Positions 1 to 13,549 of a stretch of 64,000 nucleotides of DNA are shown here, in pieces. A program made the position numbers and the translations under genes. Location: the NCBI RefSeq assembly GCF_009914755.1, contig NC_060942.1; one strand, written 5' to 3'. Below the pieces are notes generated by a model, which did no database searches, was not told the origin of the DNA, and saw only the letters and a program-made list of their open reading frames with translations. This DNA is from the human T2T-CHM13v2.0 reference genome, Homo sapiens. Within the stretch, counting starts at the first letter, position 1, and each line of letters starts with the position of its first letter.

Positions 1-922
1 GTTTTGAAGGACCAGTTTTGAAACACTCTTTTTCTGGAATCTGCAAGAGGATATTTGCCTAGCTTTGAGGATTTCGTTGGAAACGGGATTGTTTTCAGAT
101 AAAATCTAGACAGAAGCATTCTCAGAAACTTCTTTGGGATGTTTGCATTCAAGTCACAGAGTAGAACATTCCCTTTGGTAGAGCAGGTTTGAAACACTCT
201 TTTTGTAGTATCTGGAAGCAGACATTTGGAGCGCTTTCAGGCCTATGTTGGAAAGGGAAATATCTTCCCTTAACAACTAGGCAGAAGCATTCTCAGAAAC
301 TTATTTGAGATGTTTGTACTCAACTAACAGAATTGAACCACCCTTTTGAAGGAGCAGTTTTGAAACACTCTTTTTCTGGAATCTGCAAGAGTATATTTGC
401 CTAGCTTTGAGGATTTCGTTGGAAACCGGATTGTCTTCAGATCAAATCTAGATAGAAGCATTCAAAGAAACTTCTTTGGGATGTTTGCATTCAAGGCCCA
501 GAGTAGAACATTCCCTTTGGTAGAGCAGGTTTGAAACACTCTTTTTTTCGTATATGGAAGTGGACATTTGGAGCGCTTTCAGGCCTACGTTGGAAAAGGA
601 AATATCTTCCCATAACAACTAGACAGAAGCATTCTCAGAAACTTATTTGAGATGTGTGTACTCAACTAAGAGAATTGAACCACCGTTTTGAAGGAGCAGT
701 TTTGAAACACTCTTTTTCTGGAATCTGCAAGTGGATATTTAGCTAGATTTGAGGATTTCGTTGGAAACGGGATTACATATACAAAGCAGACAGCAGCAGT
801 CTCAGAAAGTTCATTGTGATGATTGCATTCAAGTCACAGAATTGAACATTCCCTTTCACAGAGCAGGTTTGAAACACTCTTTTTGTAGTGTGTGTAAGTG
901 GACATTTGGAGCACTTTCCGGC

Positions 923-939
923 CTAAGGTGAAAAAGGAA
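923..939 (-). promoter_or_regulatory. pJalpha-like box of A-type monomer (representative)
   Basis: CTAAGGTGAAAAAGGAA is the reverse complement of TTCCTTTTTCACCTTAG, one mismatch from TTCCTTTTYCACCRTAG. It occupies the position equivalent to the CENP-B box in alternate monomers. Confidence 0.75.
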
Positions 940-1093
940 ATATCTTCCCATAAAAACTAGACAGAAGCATTCTCAGAAACTTACTCGTGATGTGTGTCCT
1001 CAACTAAAGGTGTAGAACCTTTCTTTTCATAGAGAAGTTTTGAAACGCTCTTTTTGTGGAATCTGCAAGTGGATATTTGGCTAGTTTTGAGGA

Positions 1094-1110
1094 TTTCGTT
1101 GGAAGCGGGA
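1094..1110 (+). promoter_or_regulatory. CENP-B box (representative; recurs about every 340 bp through the window)
   Basis: TTTCGTTGGAAGCGGGA matches the consensus YTTCGTTGGAARCGGGA. P1 and S1 carry TTTCGTTGGAAACGGGA; R1 carries TTTCGTGGGAAACGGGA, which keeps the essential core NTTCGNNNNANNCGGGN. Confidence 0.95.
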
Positions 1111-1989
1111 ATTCATACAAATTGCAGACTGCAGCGTTCTGAGAAACATCTTTGTGATGTTTGTATTCAGGACAGAGAGTTGAACATTCCCTATCATAGA
1201 GCAGGTTGGAATCACTCCTTTTGTAGTATCTGGAAGTGGACATTTGGAGCGCTTTCAGGCCTATGTTGAAAAAGGAAATATCTTCCCATAACAACTAGAC
1301 ACAAGCATTCTCAGAAACTTGTTTGTGATGTGTGCCCTCTACTGACAGAGTTGAACCTTTCTTTTCATAGAGCAGTTTTGAAACACTCTTTTTGTAGAAT
1401 CTGCAAGAGGATATTTGCATAGCTTTGAGGATTTCGTGGGAAACAGGATTGTCTTCAGGTAAAATCTAGACAGAAGCATTCTCAGAAACTTCTTTGGGAT
1501 GTTTGCATTCAAGTCACAGAGTAGAACATTCCCTTTGGTAGAGCAGGTTTGAAACCCTCTTTTTGTAGTATCTGGAAGTGGACATTTGGAGCGCTTTCAG
1601 GCCCATGTTGGAAAGGGAAATATCTTCCCGTAACAACTAGGCCGAAGCATTGTCAGAAACTTATTTGAGATGTGTGTACTCAACTAAGAGAATTGAACCA
1701 CCGTTTTGAAGGAGCAGTTTTCAAACACTCTTTTTCTGGAATCTGCAAGAGTATATTTGCCTAGCCTTGAGGATTTCGTTGGAAACGGGATTGTCTTCAC
1801 ATAAAATCTAGACAGAAGCATTCTCAGAAACTTCTTTGGGATGTTTGCATTCAGGTCACAGACTAGAACATTCCCTTTGGTAGAGCAGTTTTGAAACACT
1901 CTTTTTTTAGTATATGGAAGTGGACATTTGGAGCGCTTTCAGGCCTACGTTGGAAAAGGAAATATCTTCCCATAACAACTAGACAGAAG

Positions 1990-3349
1990 CATTCTCAGAA
2001 ACTAGTTTCTGATGTGTGTCCTCAACTAACACAGTTGAACTTTTCTTTAGACAGAACAGTTTTGAAACACTCTTTTTGTGGAATCTGCAAGTGGATATTT
2101 GGCTAGATTTGAGGATTTCGTTGGAAACGGGATTACATATAAAAAGCAGACAGCAGCATTCTCAGAAAGTTCTTTGTGATGATTGCATTCAAGTCACAGA
2201 ATTGAACATTCCCTTTCACAGAGCAGGTTTGAAACACTCTTTTTGTAGTGTGTGTAAGTGGACATTTGGAGCGCTTTCCGGCCTAAGGTGAAAAAGGAAA
2301 TATCTTCCCATAAAAACTAGACAGAAGCATTCTCAGAAACTTACTCGTGATGTGTGTCCTCAACTAAAGGAGTAGAACCTTTCTGTTCATAGAGAAGTTT
2401 TGAAACGCTCTTTTTGTGGAATCTCCAAGTGGATATTTGGCTAGTTTTGAGGATTTCATTGGAAGCGGGAATTCACACAAATTGCAGACTGCAGCGTTCT
2501 GAGAAACATCTTTGTGATGTTTGTATTCAGGACACAGAGATGAACATTCCCTATCATAGAGCAGGTTGGAATCACTCCTTTTGTAGTATCTGGAAGTGGA
2601 CATTTGGAGCGCTTTCAGGCCTATGTTGAAAAAGGAAATATCTTCCCATAACAACTAGACACAAGCATTCTCAGAAACTTGTTTGTGATGTGTGCCCTCT
2701 ACTGACAGAGTTGAACCTTTCTTTTCATAGAGCAGTTTTGAAACACTCTTTTTGTAGAATCTGCAAGAGGATATTTGCATAGCTTTGAGGATTTCGTGGG
2801 AAACGGGATTGTCTTCAGGTAAAATCTAGACAGAAGCATTCTCAGAAACTTCTTTGGGATGTTTGCATTCAAGTCACAGAGTAGAACATTCCCTTTGGTA
2901 GAGCAGGTTTGAAACCCTCTTTTTGTAGTATCTGGAAGTGGACATTTGGAGCGCTTTCAGGCCCATGTTGGAAAGGGAAATATCTTCCCGTAACAACTAG
3001 GCAGAAGCATTCTCAGAAACTTATTTGAGATGTGTGGACTCAACTAAGAGAATTGAACCACCGTTTTGAAGGAGCAGTTTTGAAACACTCTTTTTCTGGA
3101 ATCTGCAAGAGTATATTTGCCTAGCCTTGAGAATTTCGTTGGAAACGGGATTGTCTTCAGATCAAATCTAGACAGAAGCATTCTCAGAAAATTCTTTGGG
3201 ATGTTTGCATTCAAGTCACAGAGTAGAACATTCCCTTTGGTAGAGCAGGTTTGAAACACTCTTTTTTTAGTATATGGAAGTGGACATTTGGAGCGCTTTC
3301 AGGCCTACGTTGGAAAAGGAAATATCTTCCCATAACAACTAGACAGAAG
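1990..3349 (+). repeat. Representative 1360-bp 8-mer HOR unit: P 1990-2327, Q 2328-2665, R 2666-3007, S 3008-3349
   Basis: Dimer starts read directly from the sequence; 338+338+342+342 = 1360. One EcoRI site (GGGAATTC) per unit in Q, e.g. 1109 and 2469; SpeI at the start of P; XbaI at the ends of monomers R1 and S1. Confidence 0.95.
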
Positions 3350-6300
3350 CATTCTCAGAAACTAGTTTCTGATGTGTGTCCTCAACTAACACAGTTGAAC
3401 TTTTCTTTAGACAGAACAGTTTTGAAACACTCTTTTTGTGGAATCTGCAAGTGGATATTTGGCTAGATTTGAGGATTTCGTTGGAAACGGGATTACATAT
3501 AAAAAGCAGACAGCAGCATTCTCAGAAAGTTCTTTGTGATGATTGCATTCAAGTCACAGAATTGAACATTCCCTTTCACAGAGCAGGATTGAAACACTCT
3601 TTTTGTAGTGTGTGTAAGTGGACATTTGGAGCGCTTTCCGGCCTAAGGTGAAAAACGAAATATCTTCCCATAAAAACTAGACAGAAGCATTCTCAGAAAC
3701 TTACTCGTGATGTGTGTCCTCAACTAAAGGAGTAGAACCTTTCTATTCATAGAGAAGTTTTCAAACGCTCTTTTTGTGGAATCTCCAAGTGGATATTTGG
3801 CTAGTTTTGAGGATTTCGTTGGAAGCGGGAATTCATACAAATTGCAGACTGCAGCGTTATGAGAAACATCTTTGTGATGTTTGTATTCAGGACACAGAGA
3901 TGAACATTCCCTATCATAGAGCAGGTTGGAATCACTAGTTTTGTAGTATCTGGAAGTGGACATTTGGAGTGCTTTCAGGCCTATGTTGAAAAAGGAAATA
4001 TCTTCCCATAACAACTAGACACAAGCATTCTCAGAAACTTGTTTGTGATGTGTGCCCTCTACTGACAGAGTTGAATCTTTCTTTTCATAGAGCAGTTTTG
4101 AAACACTCTTTTTGTAGAATCTGCAAGAGGATATTTGCATAGCTTTGAGGATTTCGTGGGAAACGGGATTGTCTTCAGGTAAAATCTAGACAGAAGCATT
4201 CTCAGAAACTTCATTGTGATGTTTGCATTCAAGTCACAGAGTAGAACATTCCCTTTGGTAGAGCAGGTTTGAAACCCTCTTTTTGTAGTATCTGGAAGTG
4301 GACATTTAGAGCGCATTCAGGCCCATGTTGGAAAGGGAAATATCTTCCTGTAACAACTAGGCAGAAGCATTCTCAGAAACTTATTTGAGATGTGTGTACT
4401 CAACTAAGAGAATTGAACCACCGTTTTGAAGGAGCAGTTTTGAAACACTCTTTTTCTGGAATCTGCAAGAGGATATTTGCCTAGCCTTGAGGATTTCGTT
4501 GGAAACGGGATTGTCTTCAGATAAAATCTAGACAGAAGCATTCTCAGAAACCTCTTTGGGATGTTTGCATTCAAGTCACAGAGTAGAATATTCCCTTTGG
4601 TAGAGCAGGTTTGAAACACTCTTTTTTTAGTATATGGAAGTGGACATTTGGAGCGCTTTCAGGCCTACGTTGGAAAAGGAAATATCTTCCCATAACAACT
4701 AGACAGAAGCATTCTCAGAAACTAGTTTCTGATGTGTGTCCTCAACTAACACAGTTGAACTTTTCTTTAGACAGGACAGTTTTGAAACACTCTTTTTGTG
4801 GAATCTGCAAGTGGATATTTGGCTAGATTTGAGGATTTCTTTGGAAACGGGATTACATATAAAAAGCAGACAGCAGCATTGTCAGAAAGTTCTTTGTGAT
4901 GATTGCATTCAAGTCACAGAATTGAACATTCCCTTTCACAGAGCAGGTTTGAAACACTCTTTTTGTAGTGTGTGTAAGTGGACATTTGGAGCGATTTCCG
5001 GCCTAAGGTGAAAAAGGAAATATCTTCCCATAAAAACTAGACAGAAGCATTCTCAGAAACTTACTCGTGATGTGTGTCCTCAACTAAAGAAGTAGAACCT
5101 TTCTATTCATAGAGAAGTTTTGAAATGCTCTTTTTGTGGAATCTCCAAGTGGATATTTGGCTAGTTTTGAGGATTTCGTTGGAAGCGGGAATTCATACAA
5201 ATTGCAGACTGCAGCGTTCTGAGAAACATCTTTGTGATGTTTGTATTCAGGACACAGAGATGAACATTCCCTATCATAGAGCAGGTTGGAATCACTCCTT
5301 TTGTAGTATCTGGAAGTGGACATTTGGAGCGCTTTCAGGCCTATGTTGAAAAAGGAAATATCTTCCCATAACAACTAGACACAAGCATTCTCAGAAACTT
5401 GTTTGTGATGTGTGCCCTCTACTGACAGAGTTGAACCTTTCTTTTCATAGAGCAGTTTTGAAACACTCTTTTTGTAGAATCTGCAAGAGGATATTTGCAT
5501 AGCTTTGAGGATTTCGTGGGAAACGGGATTGTCTTCAGGTAAAATCCAGACAGAAGCATTCTCAGAAACTTCTTTGGGATGTTTGCATTCAAGTCACAGA
5601 GTAGAACATTCCCTTTGGTAGAGCAGGTTTGAAACCCTCTTTTTGTAGTATCTGGAAGTGGACATTTGGAGCGCTTTCAGGCCCATGTTGGAAAGGTAAA
5701 TATCTTCCCGTAACAACTAGGCAGAAGCATTCTCAGAAACTTATTTGAGATGTGTGTACTCAACTAAGAGAATTGAACCACCGTTTTGAAGGAGCAGTTT
5801 TGAAACACTCTTTTTCTGGAATCTGCAAGAGTATATTTGCCTAGCCTTGAGGATTTCGTTGGAAACGGGATTGTCTTCAGATAAAATCTAGACAGAAGCA
5901 TTCTCAGAAACTTCTTTGGGATGTTTGCATTCAAGTCACAGAGTAGAACATTCCCTTTGGTAGAGCAGGTTTGAAACACTCTTTTTTTAGTATATGGAAG
6001 TGGACATTTGGAGCGCTTTCAGGCCTACGTTGGAAAAGGAAATATCTTCCCATAACAACTAGACAGAAGCATTCTCAGAAACTAGTTTCTGATGTGTGTC
6101 CTCAACTAACACAGTTGAACTTTTCTTTAGACAGAACAGTTTTGAAACACTCTTTTTGTGGAATCTGCAAGTGGATATTTGGCTAGATTTGAGGATTTCG
6201 TTGGAAACGGGATTACATATAAAAAGCAGACAGCAGCATTCTCAGAAAGTTCTTTGTGATGATTGCATTCAAGTCACAGAATTGAACATTCCCTTTCACA

Positions 6301-6407
6301 GAGCAGGTTTGAAACACTCTTTTTGTAGTGTGTGTAAGTGGACATTTGGAGCGCTTTCCGGCCTAAGGTGAAAAAGGAAATATCTTCCCATAAAAACTAG
6401 ACAGAAG

Positions 6408-8109
6408 CATTCTCAGAAACTTACTCGTGATGTGTGTCCTCAACTAAAGGAGTAGAACCTTTCTATTCGTAGAGAAGCTTTGAAATGCTCTTTTTGTGGA
6501 ATCTCCAAGTGGATATTTGGCTAGTTTTGAGGATTTCGTTGGAAGCGGGAATTCATACAAATTGCAGACTGCAGCGTTCTGAGAAACATCTTTGTGATGT
6601 TTGTATTCAGGACACAGAGAGGAACATTCCCTATCATAGAGCAGGTTGGAATCACTCCTTTTGTAGTATCTGGAAGTGGACATTTGGAGCGCTTTCAGGC
6701 CTATGTTGAAAAAGGAAATATCTTCCCATAACAACTAGACACAAGCATTCTCAGAAACTTGTTTGTGATGTGTGCCCTCTACTGACAGAGTTGAACCTTT
6801 CTTTTCATAGAGCAGTTTTGAAACACTCTTTTTGTAGAATCTGCAAGAGGATATTTGCATAGCTTTGAGGATTTCGTGGGAAACGGGATTGTCTTCAGGT
6901 AAAATCTAGACAGAAGCATTCTCAGAAACTTCTTTGGGATGTTTACATTCAAGTCACAGAGTAGAACATTCCCTTTGGTAGAGCAGGTTTGAAACCCTCT
7001 TTTTGTAGTATCTGGAAGTGGACATTTGGAGCGCTTTCTGGCCCATGTTGCAAAGGGAAATATCTTCCCGTAACAACTAGGCAGAAGCATTCTCAGAAAC
7101 TTATTTGAGATGTGTGTACTCAACTAAGAGAATTGAACCACCGTTTTGAAGGAGCAGTTTTGAAACACTCTTTTTCTGGAATCTGCAAGAGGATATTTGC
7201 CTAGCCTTGAGGATTTCGTTGGAAACGGGATTGTCTTCAGATCAAATCTAGACAGAAGCATTCTCAGAAACTTCTTTGGGATGTTTGCATTCAAGTCACA
7301 GAGTAGAACATTCCCTTTGGTAGAGCAGGTTTGAAACCCTCTTTTTGTAGTATCTGGAAGTGGACATTTGGAGCGCTTTCAGGCCCATGTTGGAAAGGGA
7401 AATATCTTCCCGTAACAACTAGGCAGAAGCATTGTCAGAAACTTATTTGAGATGTGTGTACTCAACTAAGAGAATTGAACCACCGTTTTGAAGGAGCAGT
7501 TTTCAAACACTCTTTTTCTGGAATCTGCAGGAGTATATTTGCCTAGCCTTGAGGATTTCGTTGGAAACGGGATTGTCTTCACATAAAATCTAGACAGAAG
7601 CATTCTCAGAAACTTCTTTGGGATGTTTGCATTCAGGTCACAGACTAGAACATTCCCTTTGGTAGAGCAGTTTTGAAACACTCTTTTTTTAGTATATGGA
7701 AGTGGACATTTGGAGCGCTTTCAGGCCTACGTTGGAAAAGGAAATATCTTCCCATAACAACTAGACAGAAGCATTCTCAGAAACTAGTTTCTGATGTGTG
7801 TCCTCAACTAACACAGTTGAACTTTTCTTTAGACAGAACAGTTTTGAAACACTCTTTTTGTGGAATCTGCAAGTGGATATTTGGCTAGATTTGAGGATTT
7901 CGTTGGAAACGGGATTACATATAAAAAGCAGACAGCAGCATTCTCAGAAAGTTCTTTGTGATGATTGCATTCAAGTCACAGAATTGAACATTCCCTTTCA
8001 CAGAGCAGGTTTGAAACACTCTTTTTGTAGTGTGTGTAAGTGGACATTTGGAGCGCTTTCCGGCCTAAGGTGAAAAAGGAAATATCTTCCCATAAAAACT
8101 AGACAGAAG
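6408..8109 (+). repeat. 1702-bp 10-mer variant HOR (Q-R-S*-S-P) with an extra hybrid dimer at 7088-7429
   Basis: Q-to-Q spacing 6444->8146 = 1360+342. The extra dimer is an S1 monomer followed by an R2-type monomer (CCCTCTTTTTGTAGTATCTGG...GGCCCATGTTGGAAAGGG). Confidence 0.9.
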
Positions 8110-11100
8110 CATTCTCAGAAACTTACTCGTGATGTGTGTCCTCAACTAAAGGAGTAGAACCTTTCTGTTCATAGAGAAGTTTTGAAACGCTCTTTTTGTG
8201 GAATCTCCAAGTGGATATTTGGCTAGTTTTGAGGATTTCATTGGAAGCGGGAATTCACACAAATTGCAGACTGCAGCGTTCTGAGAAACATCTTTGTGAT
8301 GTTTGTATTCAGGACACAGAGAGGAACATTCCCTATCATAGAGCAGGTTGGAATCACTCCTTTTGTAGTATCTGGAAGTGGACATTTGGAGCGCTTTCAG
8401 GCCTATGTTGAAAAAGGAAATATCTTCCCATAACAACTAGACACAAGCATTCTCAGAAACTTGTTTGTGATGTGTGCCCTCTACTGACAGAGTTGAACCT
8501 TTCTTTTCATAGAGCAGTTTTGAAACACTCTTTTTGTAGAATCTGCAAGAGGATATTTGCATAGCTTTGAGGATTTCGTGGGAAACGGGATTGTCTTCAG
8601 GTAAAATCTAGACAGAAGCATTCTCAGAAACTTCTTTGGGATGTTTGCATTCAAGTCACAGAGTAGAACATTCCCTTTGGTAGAGCAGGTTTGAAACCCT
8701 CTTTTTGTAGTATCTGGAAGTGGACATTTGGAGCGCTTTCAGGCCCATGTTGGAAAGGGAAATATCTTCCCGTAACAACTAGGCAGAAGCATTCTCAGAA
8801 ACTTATTTGAGATGTGTGGACTCAACTAAGAGAATTGAACCACCGTTTTGAAGGAGCAGTTTTGAAACACTCTTTTTCTGGAATCTGCAAGAGTATATTT
8901 GCCTAGCCTTGAGAATTTCGTTGGAAACGGGATTGTCTTCAGATCAAATCTAGACAGAAGCATTCTCAGAAACTTCTTTGGGATGTTTGCATTCAAGTCA
9001 CAGAGTAGAACATTCCCTTTGGTAGAGCAGGTTTGAAACACTCTTTTTTTAGTATATGGAAGTGGACATTTGGAGCGCTTTCAGGCCTACGTTGGAAAAG
9101 GAAATATCTTCCCATAACAACTAGACAGAAGCATTCTCAGAAACTAGTTTCTGATGTGTGTCCTCAACTAACACAGTTGAACTTTTCTTTAGACAGAACA
9201 GTTTTGAAACACTCTTTTTGTGGAATCTGCAAGTGGATATTTGGCTAGATTTGAGGATTTCGTTGGAAACGGGATTACATATAAAAAGCAGACAGCAGCA
9301 TTCTCATAAAGTTCTTTGTGATGATTGCATTCAAGTCACAGAATTGAACATTCCCTTTCACAGAGCAGGATTGAAACACTCTTTTTGTAGTGTGTGTAAG
9401 TGGACATTTGGAGCGCTTTCCGGCCTAAGGTGAAAAACGAAATATCTTCCCATACAAACTAGACAGAAGCATTCTCAGAAACTTACTCGTGATGTGTGTC
9501 CTCAACTAAAGGAGTAGAACCTTTCTATTCATAGAGAAGTTTTCAAACGCTCTTTTTGTGGAATCTCCAAGTGGATATTTGGCTAGTTTTGAGGATTTCG
9601 TTGGAAGCGGGAATTCATACAAATTGCAGACTGCAGCGTTATGAGAAACATCTTTGTGATGTTTGTATTCAGGACACAGAGATGAACATTCCCTATCATA
9701 GAGCAGGTTGGAATCACTAGTTTTGTAGTATCTGGAAGTGGACATTTGGAGTGCTTTCAGGCCTATGTTGAAAAAGGAAATATCTTCCCATAACAACTAG
9801 ACACAAGCATTCTCAGAAACTTGTTTGTGATGTGTGCCCTCTACTGACAGAGTTGAATCTTTCTTTTCATAGAGCAGTTTTGAAACACTCTTTTTGTAGA
9901 ATCTGCAAGAGGATATTTGCATAGCTTTGAGGATTTCGTGGGAAACGGGATTGTCTTCAGGTAAAATCTAGACAGAAGCATTCTCAGAAACTTCATTGTG
10001 ATGTTTGCATTCAAGTCACAGAGTAGAACATTCCCTTTGGTAGAGCAGGTTTGAAACCCTCTTTTTGTAGTATCTGGAAGTGGACATTTAGAGCGCATTC
10101 AGGCCCATGTTGGAAAGGGAAATATCTTCCTGTAACAACTAGGCAGAAGCATTCTCAGAAACTTATTTGAGATGTGTGTACTCAACTAAGAGAATTGAAC
10201 CACCGTTTTGAAGGAGCAGTTTTGAAACACTCTTTTTCTGGAATCTGCAAGAGGATATTTGCCTAGCCTTGAGGATTTCGTTGGAAACGGGATTGTCTTC
10301 AGATAAAATCTAGACAGAAGCATTCTCAGAAACCTCTTTGGGATGTTTGCATTCAAGTCACAGAGTAGAATATTCCCTTTGGTAGAGCAGGTTTGAAACA
10401 CTCTTTTTTTAGTATATGGAAGTGGACATTTGGAGCGCTTTCAGGCCTACGTTGGAAAAGGAAATATCTTCCCATAACAACTAGACAGAAGCATTCTCAG
10501 AAACTAGTTTCTGATGTGTGTCCTCAACTAACACAGTTGAACTTTTCTTTAGACAGGACAGTTTTGAAACACTCTTTTTGTGGAATCTGCAAGTGGATAT
10601 TTGGCTAGATTTGAGGATTTCTTTGGAAACGGGATTACATATAAAAAGCAGACAGCAGCATTGTCAGAAAGTTCTTTGTGATGATTGCATTCAAGTCACA
10701 GAATTGAACATTCCCTTTCACAGAGCAGGTTTGAAACACTCTTTTTGTAGTGTGTGTAAGTGGACATTTGGAGCGATTTCCGGCCTAAGGTGAAAAAGGA
10801 AATATCTTCCCATAAAAACTAGACAGAAGCATTCTCAGAAACTTACTCGTGATGTGTGTCCTCAACTAAAGAAGTAGAACCTTTCTATTCATAGAGAAGT
10901 TTTGAAATGCTCTTTTTGTGGAATCTCCAAGTGGATATTTGGCTAGTTTTGAGGATTTCGTTGGAAGCGGGAATTCATACAAATTGCAGACTGCAGCGTT
11001 CTGAGAAACATCTTTGTGATGTTTGTATTCAGGACACAGAGATGAACATTCCCTATCATAGAGCAGGTTGGAATCACTCCTTTTGTAGTATCTGGAAGTG

Positions 11101-13549
11101 GACATTTGGAGCGCTTTCAGGCCTATGTTGAAAAAGGAAATATCTTCCCATAACAACTAGACACAAGCATTCTCAGAAACTTGTTTGTGATGTGTGCCCT
11201 CTACTGACAGAGTTGAACCTTTCTTTTCATAGAGCAGTTTTGAAACACTCTTTTTGTAGAATCTGCAAGAGGATATTTGCATAGCTTTGAGGATTTCGTG
11301 GGAAACGGGATTGTCTTCAGGTAAAATCCAGACAGAAGCATTCTCAGAAACTTCTTTGGGATGTTTGCATTCAAGTCACAGAGTAGAACATTCCCTTTGG
11401 TAGAGCAGGTTTGAAACCCTCTTTTTGTAGTATCTGGAAGTGGACATTTGGAGCGCTTTCAGGCCCATGTTGGAAAGGGAAATATCTTCCCGTAACAACT
11501 AGGCAGAAGCATTCTCAGAAACTTATTTGAGATGTGTGTACTCAACTAAGAGAATTGAACCACCGTTTTGAAGGAGCAGTTTTGAAACACTCTTTTTCTG
11601 GAATCTGCAAGAGTATATTTGCCTAGCCTTGAGGATTTCGTTGGAAACGGGATTGTCTTCAGATAAAATCTAGACAGAAGCATTCTCAGAAACTTCTTTG
11701 GGATGTTTGCATTCAAGTCACAGAGTAGAACATTCCCTTTGGTAGAGCAGGTTTGAAACACTCTTTTTTTAGTATATGGAAGTGGACATTTGGAGCGCTT
11801 TCAGGCCTACGTTGGAAAAGGAAATATCTTCCCATAACAACTAGACAGAAGCATTCTCAGAAACTAGTTTATGATGTGTGTCCTCAACTAACACAGTTGA
11901 ACTTTTCTTTAGACAGAACAGTTTTGAAACACTCTTTTTGTGGAATCTGCAAGTGGATATTTGGCTAGATTTGAGGATTTCGTTGGAAACGGGATTACAT
12001 ATAAAAAGCAGACAGCAGCATTCTCAGAAAGTTCTTTGTGATGATTGCATTCAAGTCACAGAATTGAACATTCCCTTTCACAGAGCAGGTTTGAAACACT
12101 CTTTTTGTAGTGTGTGTAAGTGGACATTTGGAGCGCTTTCCGGCCTAAGGTGAAAAAGGAAATATCTTCCCATAAAAACTAGACAGAAGCATTCTCAGAA
12201 ACTTACTCGTGATGTGTGTCCTCAACTAAAGGAGTAGAACCTTTCTATTCGTAGAGAAGCTTTGAAATGCTCTTTTTGTGGAATCTCCAAGTGGATATTT
12301 GGCTAGTTTTGAGGATTTCGTTGGAAGCGGGAATTCATACAAATTGCAGACTGCAGCGTTCTGAGAAACATCTTTGTGATGTTTGTATTCAGGACACAGA
12401 GAGGAACATTCCCTATCATAGAGCAGGTTGGAATCACTCCTTTTGTAGTATCTGGAAGTGGACATTTGGAGCGCTTTCAGGCCTATGTTGAAAAAGGAAA
12501 TATCTTCCCATAACAACTAGACACAAGCATTCTCAGAAACTTGTTTGTGATGTGTGCCCTCTACTGACAGAGTTGAACCTTTCTTTTCATAGAGCAGTTT
12601 TGAAACACTCTTTTTGTAGAATCTGCAAGAGGATATTTGCATAGCTTTGAGGATTTCGTGGGAAACGGGATTGTCTTCAGGTAAAATCTAGACAGAAGCA
12701 TTCTCAGAAACTTCTTTGGGATGTTTACATTCAAGTCACAGAGTAGAACATTCCCTTTGGTAGAGCAGGTTTGAAACCCTCTTTTTGTAGTATCTGGAAG
12801 TGGACATTTGGAGCGCTTTCTGGCCCATGTTGCAAAGGGAAATATCTTCCCGTAACAACTAGGCAGAAGCATTCTCAGAAACTTATTTGAGATGTGTGTA
12901 CTCAACTAAGAGAATTGAACCACCGTTTTGAAGGAGCAGTTTTGAAACACTCTTTTTCTGGAATCTGCAAGAGGATATTTGCCTAGCCTTGAGGATTTCG
13001 TTGGAAACGGGATTGTCTTCAGATCAAATCTAGACAGAAGCATTCTCAGAAACTTCTTTGGGATGTTTGCATTCAAGTCACAGAGTAGAACATTCCCTTT
13101 GGTAGAGCAGGTTTGAAACACTCTTTTTTTAGTATATGGAAGTGGACATTTGGAGCGCTTTCAGGCCTACGTTGGAAAAGGAAATATCTTCCCATAACAA
13201 CTAGACAGAAGCATTCTCAGAAACTAGTTTCTGATGTGTGTCCTCAACTAACACAGTTGAACTTTTCTTTAGACAGAACAGTTTTGAAACACTCTTTTTG
13301 TGGAATCTGCAAGTGGATATTTGGCTAGATTTGAGGATTTCGTTGGAAACGGGATTACATATAAAAAGCAGACAGCAGCATTCTCAGAAAGTTCTTTGTG
13401 ATGATTGCATTCAAGTCACAGAATTGAACATTCCCTTTCACAGAGCAGGTTTGAAACACTCTTTTTGTAGTGTGTGTAAGTGGACATTTGGAGCGCTTTC
13501 CGGCCTAAGGTGAAAAAGGAAATATCTTCCCATAAAAACTAGACAGAAG

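Larger units (their letters stand above)
1466..13030 (+). repeat. Recent tandem duplication, period 5782 bp
   Basis: Private SNVs recur at +5782: CTTCACATAAA (~1800/7582), TCAGGTCACAGACTAG, TTTCATTGG (2454/8236), ATCACTAGTT (3931/9713), TTTCTTTGG (4836/10618), HindIII AAGCTT (6475/12257). Ends are approximate. Confidence 0.9.

Noticed and set aside
1121-1135. Small dyad TGCAGACTGCA next to the EcoRI site in Q and U
   Set aside because: The 4-5 bp stem is too short to support a cruciform or terminator call.
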